DNA of 20,000 bases from Catajapyx aquilonaris (lineage: Eukaryota). This document shows, one piece after another, positions 1 to 9,300 of the stretch (position 1 is its first letter; each line of letters begins with the position of its first letter). The notes below the pieces were generated by a model. That model saw only the letters and a list, made by a program, of their open reading frames with translations. It did not search any database and had not been told where the DNA came from. The DNA lies in assembly GCA_000934665.2 (NCBI GenBank), contig KZ538539.1, forward strand, positions 44,150 through 64,149, written 5' to 3'. A program made the translations under genes and the position numbers.

Positions 1-71
1 GATCCAGGGCTCGAACTCGGGATCGTAGAGGTGGAAGACTGTGGCGCTAGCCACTCTGCCCCCGTGTCACC
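1..71 (-). mobile_element. 5' head of a tRNA-derived SINE (runs off the window start)
   Basis: Minus strand reads GGTGACACGGGGGCAGAGTGGCTAGCG...CCCGAGTTCGAGCCC, with A-box-like and B-box (GTTCGAGCCC) motifs at tRNA spacing. Confidence 0.65.
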
Positions 72-74
72 TCT

Positions 75-317
75 TTGTCCATAGAATTTTGTTGCACAGT
101 AACAAACTAACATTTATTCCATATTTTAATTGCTTAGTCGCCTGTTTAACAATACATCTTTATATGCTGAAATTGACCTTTCTACGTCACACGAAATAAC
201 TGGATCATACTTGAAAATTGAAATTTTATCAACTACCAGTTCATCCTGCATGCCTACAGTTTCTTCACCCTTTGCAGGTTGAAGCAGAAGGGACGCCTTG
301 AACAGAAAACCCCCCAA
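75..317 (-). pseudogene. Degraded C-terminus of a hAT-superfamily (CGGBP1-like) transposase
   Basis: FKYDPVISCDVERSISAYKDVLLNRR resembles the hAT C-terminal dimerization motif (FKYAP.TS.DVERSFS.YK.IL.D.R). It continues after a stop/frameshift as MLVCYCATKFY. Confidence 0.7.
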
Positions 318-525
318 AGCTCTTGAAAATGTTACAGAACGGCGTCAAAAAGGTGCAAATATGTGCAAATAGGCACCAATAGGCCATTTAGGCTCCATCA
401 CCCGAAATAGGCAATTTAAGTTCTATAAAACTACAATTTTTGAGGTCCTTGTGTTATAAAATGGTTATATATTTTGGTTCCGGTGTTCTGCCTACAAAAT
501 AAAAAGTAGGAAAAAACCTAGAAAT

Positions 526-2497
526 TAGTGCTTCTACATATCCGGACTGTCCGGTATCCGGATATCCGAACCTGAATCCGAACCCTCTTCCCAGATCCGC
601 ACTATCCGGATAGTGTCGGACGGTCCGGATAGTCCGGTTTTCGGACTATCCGGATAGTCCGAGTTTCGGATCCGGTCCGGGTAGTCCGGGTTTCAGATCC
701 GAAACTTTGTAACTATCCTACTATCCGGATCTTGGGTTCCGTATCGTGGGTGTAGGGTAATAAAAAGAGTTCATACATGAACAGTCTCTTCTTTAGTTAG
801 AGAAATGTCAATAATTTCAATTACATCCACAAACCACAACATACATTATGAAATGAAGACTTTATTATAGCTTCCATAGTACCGGTGAAGGAAAGTGCAG
901 TGTTACCTATAGAGTATAGACGTAATCTAATTTATCAGTTTGACCAAGGTTTGACTTATTGCATAGATATAAACCGAGAAATAAACCCTACAATCCTAAG
1001 CCCACACATGAAAAAAAAAATTAGAAACCCGGGATTGAGAACTGTGACCTCTAACCGGCGACATACACACCACAGCACACATTCTTTTACACATACAGAA
1101 ATTCGGATAGAGTCTGACTCTGAATGCGTAAAACGAAAGGGCCACGCGCTAAGTGACGACTCGTTTTCCGGCGGAAACTGGTTAATCACGTACTACTTTT
1201 TGTAATAATTTATTTCTCGCGATAATTTTTTTATGACAATCTTGTAATTGTCTGCATTAGTACACAGATATATAATGTACCGTATGTGTAATACTTTTTG
1301 CAGGTTTGTTCCTCTTGTTCCACGCATGTAGGTGAAAGGTCAAATATTTTGACCTTGTGAAAATAACCTTATTTTGGGTTATATTCTCCTCATATTATCA
1401 CCAGCAGAACCACCACACTCTTGCAAACATTGTGGACACCAACAACACTGCAATAATTGGATGCCCAGAACCGGAGATACACGCTGAGTTGTAGGGAGCT
1501 GTTTGTGAAACTCCTCCATTTTCAACGACGCCAAAGTCTGTGACCTTTGATCCCGAGGTGAATCGACATATTCACTCATCCCTTCGTCAAGAGAGCAACC
1601 ACCAAATTTCATTCATTAAATAATAATAATAAAAAATGGAAGGTGTTTTTCATTGCATGATTTGCCATGGAATTAATAGTGGGGTCGCTGAACGAACGCA
1701 AGCGAGAGTCCTCCAATTGAGTAGCCCTGCACTATCCGATTTAAACGAGCAAAATGTGATGAAACACTTAAGTAGCCTACGGTATATGTAGAAACCCGAC
1801 TTAAATGTATTATTTGAAAAGAAAGAAGCCCTAATAAGAAGGAAAGAGAGCTTTTCTGCACGGAAATCGAATTAACCTCATGTTTTGACATGGACACTAG
1901 GCCTTTGGGACGGACCATTTGACAGGAGGTTTTTACCTGCCTCCAATAAATGCGTTTTTAATATATTATGCGAATAAAATATGCTCATTTCTTATAACAA
2001 ACGTTCGAGCAGAATTGCACTCCCTTCTCTGCTCGGGGCCAGGAGAAAAGGTCTGGTGTTTAAGAGGGTCTGCAATGACTAGAAACTACATGAGAGCGCC
2101 CTCCCTTGGGAAGCTACCCTTCCCCATACGCCCGTGGACCAGGGCGTTGCGACAAAAAAAACTGTATGTAAAAAAAATTGCAAAATAAATAAAGGTCCGT
2201 GCAATACCTCGAATGAGGTCCGCACTACCCAATTATTATTATTATTATTATTATTATAACAAACGTTCGATCCGGATCCTCGGATCCCGATGGGTACAAA
2301 GTGTCTCGGACCGGATCCGAAACCCGGACTATCCGGACCGGATCAGAAACTCGGACTATCCGGATAGTCCGAAGCTCGGACTATCCGGACCGTCCGACAC
2401 TATCCGGATAGTGCGGATCTGGGAAGAGGGATCCGAAACAGGCTCGGATATCCGAATACCGGACAGTCCGGGAATCCGGATAGATGTTGAAGCACTA
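526..2497. mobile_element. Complete non-autonomous hAT DNA transposon with ~210-bp inverted ends and an 8-bp TSD
   Basis: Termini are TAGTGCTTCTACAT (526) and ATGTTGAAGCACTA (2497). Perfect 8-bp TSD CTAGAAAT at 518-525 and 2498-2505. TCCGGA-rich arms 526-745 and ~2271-2497 are reverse complements. No transposase ORF inside. Confidence 0.9.
2009..2253 (+). mobile_element. 5'-truncated SINE with (ATT)n tail, nested in the hAT element
   Basis: 17-bp direct repeat TTATAACAAACGTTCGA at 1992-2008 and 2254-2270; (ATT)n tail from 2232. Homologous to the tRNA-headed copy at 15955-16268 (-). Confidence 0.85.
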
Positions 2498-2632
2498 CTA
2501 GAAATCTGTTCTCTACTCATAAATATAAATCAGGCGGCATCAGGTTTGGTGATCCTGGCAGCCATAGATTTTGTGAAATTAATCAGTGACCAAGGTCGTC
2601 CGTTAAGATCACAGGTACGTCCACTTCGTTGA

Positions 2633-2863
2633 ACCGAATCAGGTTGGCATGGTGGATAAGGCGTCTGACTGCTAATCGGGAGGTCCTGGGTTCGAATCCT
2701 GGGGCCAGCAACCCTGACCGTGGTTTTCTGTGGTTTTCCACAGTCTTTCTAGGATAATTCTGGGGTCGCTTCCGTATAATAGGCCACAGCCGCTTCCTTC
2801 CTTCCCTATCCTTGGAGGTTGAAAAGCAATGCTGGGCCAACCTCCCTAATATCAATTAATTCA
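2633..2863 (+). mobile_element. tRNA-derived SINE
   Basis: 14-bp TSD GTCCACTTCGTTGA at 2619-2632 and 2864-2877. A-box TGGCATGGTGG, B-box GGTTCGAATCC, and an anticodon-like arm TCTGA-CTGCTAA-TCGGG. Confidence 0.88.
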
Positions 2864-3399
2864 GTCCACTTCGTTGAGGGGTGTGATGGTTCTGCTTCGA
2901 TAGATGTAAGTTTCGTCCATGTAAATGCAAAGGGAACCATAGAGTAGTAAGGAAGTGGTTGAGGTGTGTTTGGGTTTGGGCAAGAGTGTCACCCTGTAGG
3001 ATAAACCAAAACTTACCTGAGTGGTATTTTATCAGGATGAGCTTGCAGCAGGAGCAAGAAGGCTTGTTTATGTTATTGTGTAATTTTCTTAAGCAATGTT
3101 TAGACTTCAGCAATCCTCACTGGAGAAACTGTTTTTGTAATGCTAACATTTGGGCACATTGTATCATTTTTGGATAATATGATGGTGTAGTGAGTTTGAT
3201 CCTCATTTGGAATGAGTGCTAAGAGTTACTGTACAAGTCTGCGTGGCTTTTCTTTGAAATTCCCATTTCCTTTCACTCAAAATTTAAATAGCATTCCACT
3301 TACATGAATATGGCAAGAAACTCTGTGAGATAATTTTTAGTTTCTTTCAGAAGTTAAAATAACTGGCAGTAACTGAAATCAACATCTTACTCATTTTAG

Positions 3400-3676
3400 C
3401 CTCCTATGAGGGGAATGAGGATGTAATGCGTCACATCTTGACTCCTGAATGTGATGTGAATACCCAGGATAAATCAGGGGATACTCCATTGCTTATTGCC
3501 TGCCGGAGAGGGAATTCAGAGCTTGCAGAAATGCTGCTTGCACGAGGGGCTCAGCCAGATGCATCAAACGAGCATGGAATGACCCCCTTGCATTATGCAG
3601 CTTCCGTGTGTAATTCATCAACCAAGCTCATTCGGCTCTTGCTGAAGAAGCGGCCGGTGGTCGATATTAATGCCCG
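3400..3676 (+). CDS. ASB-like gene, coding exon A (ankyrin repeats)
   Basis: ASYEGNEDVMRHIL...DVNTQDKSGDTPLLIACRRGNSELAEMLLARGA...GMTPLHYAA...DINAR. Donor CG|GTGAGT at 3676/3677. Acceptor is ambiguous (AG ending at 3350, 3369 or 3399). Confidence 0.9.
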
Positions 3677-6252
3677 GTGAGTATTTTCTCAAGCACCCAT
3701 CTGTGAATTATACATACAGGAGTCAATTGTCTATACCCTGGGGCTTGGCATTTACAAGCCCAACCAATGAAATTGTTTGATCAGGCACTTCTAGTGTCAT
3801 GGGAAATATCATGGATCACATCAATAACATACAGTTTTACATAAATGTAGCAACTGAACAATCAGTGTAAGGTCTTACTTGAATGGCCAAAAAGCAAAGA
3901 AATTAGGTTGATCTGCAAATTGAAATTGAATGCGGTGAATGCCCGCTGCTGTCGCACCTTCTTTCCACAAGAACCAGGCTGTCCACCGTTGGCCGTGATA
4001 TAGTCACCTTCCATCTTGTCCACGCCAGTCTACACCCTCCCGCGTTTCAAGTGGCACTGTCGCTGACCTGATGCGGTGAATATGACAAACTTTTACAGAG
4101 TGTAGGGTACTAGTGGCCCCCCCTGTTGAGGCAAATGCCAACTTCGTGCAGCCACGTATGCCACGACAATAAATCGAGTGCGGATCTTTTCCGAACGACC
4201 CTCGTAGTAACCTAGTCATCTCAACCATATCCTCTTCTACATCATCTGATGCAAAAGGTTGTTCCTAGAAGGTTACACCATCTTCCAAGTGAAGCAGTGA
4301 GAACCAGAAGTTGTTAATTCCATTTTTGCCGTTTTTCAGGAGAGCAGTTTGAAAGTTTCAAATAATGTTTGACGTACCTTTCGTTGACATTACAGTCTCG
4401 TTGGGTAATTTTTCTGTGATATCACTACTATTGTAAGTAGATGTAATGTAAATATGGAGTATCTAGTGCCTACACTGCAGGAGAAAAAATAATAAATTCC
4501 GTCTTGGACTTTGCAACTTATGGCTTGTAGAAATTTTTATTTTTATTTTTAACCACTAAAATGAGGAAATGCAGGGATCTAATATCTCCGAAGTTAATTT
4601 TAGTCCCTTTATTAGGCCTGAATGTGATGACAAGAATTCTAAATACATTTTTTATGAAGGCCATTTTGGACTTATCAACATCTAGCACGAATTTTCTCTT
4701 TAGTGCTAAGAGTATCCCGGTCTGAAAAGGGGACTTCTGGCTGGGATAAAGCATTTTTCTATGAAAGTATGCCTGATAGAGACCTAGAATTTGCCCTTAT
4801 CTCAAAATCGCCAAAAATGGACTTATCAACTTCTGGTTCTCACTGCTTCATTTGCTCAATTTATAACAGCAACCACTGAAAATCCATCTTCGCACAGATA
4901 TGAAGTCTCAAAGGGAATGAGGACCCTTACGGGTTTTGCACTTAGAATCGGATACTTATTTTCAACTGCCAAAACTCCGTCAAATCCGAACAAGCGAATT
5001 TTGTTTTCAGGCTGTTGTCACGCGAGAGCTCAAATATTTGATTTTCTTCTTCTTGCGAAGTGAATTCTTGTGGAGCTTGAGCACGGAATGGATCTTGGAT
5101 CCACGCAAACTTCTCCACATGGTCTTCTGCGAGGTATTTAGCGAACCAGTCAGTTAGCTGTGATAGGTGCTCTGTGAAAAGGGTCAACAAGTTATGTGAA
5201 ATCTTAACTCCACTATGGGCCATATACTGCTGCAATATAGGAAATCTGTAGTTTTTTTAATGAATGCTGAAATCTTCTCTACAAGCTTCAGTATGTGCAT
5301 GTTTGCCGTCCTTGGTGGATTAGTGGTTAGTGCGCTCGCCTCTGGTCCCAAGGTTGTGAGTTCGAACCCGGCCGAGGTCGGTGACTTTTCTCCGGGTGGT
5401 AGTGCGCCTTCCTTCGGAGGGGAAGTAAATCCGTCGGTCCCGTGTGCTTGTGACATTGCGCGAGTGCACGTTAAAGATCCCCAGAGTGGCAAAATTTCCA
5501 GGAGGAGGACCACCCCCTGGCGTCGGTGTTGGGCCTTAGAGGCAGAAATAGGCCGACGTTAAGCCCCACTGAACCCAGTATGTGCATGTTATGGCTATGT
5601 AGAGACAGATTCAAGACATTTAGTTTTTTAAATATGTCGCACAAGTATGCCAGTTTCAGCAGAGTCTGATCCCGCGAAATTGTTGGCGTTCACATAATCA
5701 TCTTCCAGGAAGATTGATTTTTAGTAGATATCAGGGGCGCCTCGCGCGGCACCCCTGCTCTATCTCTGTAGCACCCCAGGGTGCCGTAGCACAGACTTTG
5801 GGAACCCCTGTCATAGGGTGGAATTGGCGTCCCACTACTAGTTACTGCTAACTTAGCAGTACCATGGTCCAACACTGGTACTGTTAAGTTAGCAGTAATA
5901 TATTAGCAGTGGGAAGGGAGATGAAGTGGCGCCGCGGTAACGCGCGCGCCCACGGATATTAAGGTCCCGGGTTCAATCCCCACCCGGGGTTCCCACCTTT
6001 ATCCGTGCAGAGTTGGGCCATTTCTGGCTTCATTTCGGGTGGCAATTTCCGACAGACTAAGCCACCCGGGGGAGTTCACAAAATGACCAAGCAACGACAT
6101 TGCACTTGCACTTAGCACATCCTCTCCTATTCATTCCCCCTTCGCTCGCGGTACCCGGGCGTTACGGAAAAGGACCACTTGTAAAAGCTTGTACATCTTA
6201 AGCAAATAAAGGTACCGTGCCAGATGCCCAATTAGGGCGGTGCACTAACCCG

Positions 6253-6343
<91 letters not shown>

Positions 6344-9300
6344 TAGCAGTGGGACGAAAATTCCACCCATATTCTTTAAGCATTTAAAAGCTGTCAAGTT
6401 GTACAGTCAAGAACACATGGACTATTCTCATTACAGGTCTCAGAGAAATGACACACCATTGATGCTGGCTGTGAGATCATCGGCTGTAGAGAAGGCAGAT
6501 ATTTTGCTGAAGGAAGGTGCTGATTGTAATATAATTGCAGATTGCCATCATCACCTACCTCTCCATACAGCCATCTGGCATGGCAACAAAGAGTAAGTTA
6601 AATGTTTACATAGGTCAAATAAGATATTGTATGAAAATAGCTGCAAATGACCATCACTTGCCAGCAAAAATTAGATTGGCCTCTTTTTTGAAATTGCTGA
6701 TATGGTGGTTTTACTGGAAGAGCAAGGTGCATAGTCTGAGCGGAGTTTTTCCTACAACATTGAAGATGTGCAGAGGACAACCTATTATCATGATACTTAA
6801 CCCTTTTGAGGGCTACGTGCATGATATGATGTCTTGAGCTTGTTTGAATTTGGCAGCTCTAGGATGTGCATAGATCATTCGAACTTCGCGGTTCAATTGG
6901 TCTACTCTGGAACTTCTCAGAGGTCTTGGTGCAGATAGTCACTGGTTTGCAAAGTGATTGGTTGCTTATGTGTTGTGAGTTGAAAGGGCAGTTTGGAGCA
7001 ATCTGTCACAATACCATCTGGAAGCTTGCCTGCAAATTGCCACAACTTCACACACACTAGATTTCGCCAAGTTGGCTGTGGACAAAAAGTGAAACTTTTC
7101 TCATTGAAGTGCTGTATCCCGTATGCATGTGAATTTGTGAAGTAGTGAAGTATAGGGGTGGAAGGGTGTGTGGGTATTGGTGTCGTGGGGGGATGTGGGG
7201 AGCCATCTGGGCCTTCATTGGCAGTTGGAAAGGTAAATAATGGATCTCATCATAAACTAGTTGCATAGCCCCACACTATCATGTACATTTTAGGCCCTTG
7301 CAAGTGGTAAGGGATTCCCTGTGAGGCCCAAAAGCGGGGCACAAATGTTTGTCAATGTAAACACTTTATCATGGTTTCTTGTAAGTGTCAGCATATTGCA
7401 TAACCAGTTTCTAATGGAGAGTTTTTGCCCATGTCAGAAATTATTGCGTATTTGAGAGCTGTGTAACTGAAGGACTGTTTATATTTGTTGTCACACACTA
7501 AATCACTGCATGATTCAAGACTGTTCATGAGAGAATGACTCACTCTTTTTTTTCTTGCAGGATGGTCAAACTGCTGCTGAATCAAGCCTGTGATGATGCA
7601 AAAACTTCACAGTTTATAAATTCTTCAGGCTCCCAAAATACTGCAGATGCTTTGTGCATAGCCTGCTCATGGCAGCCGCAGTTGATTCCAATGCTGCTTG
7701 AATCAAAAAAGCTCATCCCATGCGGCAGCAACTACCAAGTATCCCTGAGTCCAAGGGATAGTGTGGCTATCCACTTCCCATTCGAAAGTCCCTGGCCTAA
7801 GCCATTTCACCATATATTTATGGCCCCCAAAATTCAGCTAGCAACCTACAAATATGACACTCCCTTGGCTCTATTGCTTGCCAATCATACCCAATGTGGT
7901 GAGAAGTTTATGGAGCTGCTAGAAATGTTGCTTGAGGCTGGGGCAGAGGTCAATCCAAAGGAATGCGGCGCAAGTTCTCCATTGGTTTATTATCTTGGAT
8001 TGCCTTCCGGCAGTAGACTTAAAGATTCAGAACATCTAAAGATGCTGGAAACACTGCTGAGTTATGGTCTAGATCCAGATTTCAGGATAAGGTTAGTAAT
8101 TAAGCTAGAAGAATTCGAAAATTTTAGTACACTTGCGATGAAACCTGGTCTCGGATTTCAATGTAGGGCTTGATTTCCATGCTGGAACTGAATTAGCTTT
8201 TGGATCTGGGTTTACTTCTAGACTTAGATTTGAATATGACATGGAAATCAAGTCCAATATGAATCTGAGTCATAATCTGGACATCCAGGTACAGTGCTGG
8301 ACATTAATGGTGTAATACTGGTGGCACCACTAGCCACTGATGGCAAAAGAGCATATTGACGTAATGAAGTACAAGTAATAGTGGTAGTCCATGGTGATGT
8401 CACCAGCTTCACGGACTCATTTGAAACAAGGTGGAGGGAAAGGTGAATGAATTCCCTTTTTTCATTATTTTGAGCCAGCGACTTGGACAGATTATGTATA
8501 TGTGTGACTAGGAACAACATGTTTTATCAAGAAGGAGTTCAGGGGTGTTCTTGAAGTGCCTGTAAACATCACTTTATTCATAACTTAGCATTTTTATTGA
8601 CAAATCCCCTCATGACAAGGAAGAAACCTCCTTAGTTCTCCAAGCCACATTCAAAGCTGTCCATTCCTAATCACCTTTAGAGTCTCACCAGAAATACTGT
8701 TGCACTGCTCCATGTGTTTCCTCCTGGTCTATTGGGTCCCACCACATCAGGACCACACTGTAATGTCACATATAATCACCCACACACAACCCATAATACG
8801 AGTACAACCAAAAAATAATTGGGGCATGAGCAGAGTTGCCTCCTCGTCGTGTGCTCTGGGACATTTTCTGTGAAACCGTTAAACGCCTCTGAAGGTGATT
8901 GGGGATTGACTGTTTTAAACGTGGCGTGGAGAACAAAGGCGGTTTCTTCCTCATAATGAGGTGACTTGTCAATAAAATGCCAAATTATGAAGAAAGTGGT
9001 GTTACAGGCATTTCAGGAACTCACATGAACTCTTGCATCTTGATAAAACATGTTGTTTAGTCACACGCACATGATCTCTCAGAGTCGCTGGCTCAAAATC
9101 ACGATGCCGTTCACGTTTCCCTCCTTCCCTCCAACATGTTTTGAATGAGTTCACGCAGCCAGTGACGTCACCATGGACTATCATACATTACTCGTCCTTC
9201 ATCACTTCCATTAGCTCTTTTGCCGCCAGCATCTCATGGCACCACCAGTATGACACCATTAATATCCAGCACTGTATGCATATACTCAAACTGTTTGAAT

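Larger units (their letters stand above)
72..2515 (-). mobile_element. Older internally deleted hAT element whose terminus is split by the 526-2497 insertion
   Basis: Removing 526-2505 restores ...AAAAAACCTAGAAATCTGTTCTCTA, i.e. a TAGAGAACAGATTTCTAGG terminus on the minus strand. Subterminal AATAGGC/TTTAGGC repeats lie at 368-412, next to the transposase relic. Confidence 0.55.
5816..6368. mobile_element. Short palindromic MITE (~115 bp, PIF/Harbinger-like) split by a SINE
   Basis: GGGTGGAATT..CGTCCCACT..TTACTGCTAACTTAGCAGTACCA is mirrored by TGGTACTGTTAAGTTAGCAGTAA..AGTGGGA[SINE]CGAAAATTCCACCC. ATA flanks both sides (5813-5815, 6369-6371). Confidence 0.7.

Noticed and set aside
526..745. 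CRISPR-like or prokaryotic repeat array
   Set aside because: No regular repeat-spacer periodicity. The context is eukaryotic and the repeats are transposon subterminal motifs.
2213..2632. 139-aa ORF with RIR/PD repeats
   Set aside because: Chance translation of the (ATT)n tail and the TCCGGA-rich hAT arm.
2640..2706. Possible tRNA gene (GCT anticodon-like arm)
   Set aside because: No proper acceptor stem or variable arm. It is followed by a SINE body and bracketed by a 14-bp TSD. The same applies to the other tRNA-like heads.
2959..3177. Possible extra upstream coding exon of the ASB-like gene
   Set aside because: Stops in all frames, no convincing ankyrin motif and no donor I could put in phase with exon A.
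6198..6383. Poly-Ile ORF
   Set aside because: Translation of the SINE (ATT)n microsatellite.
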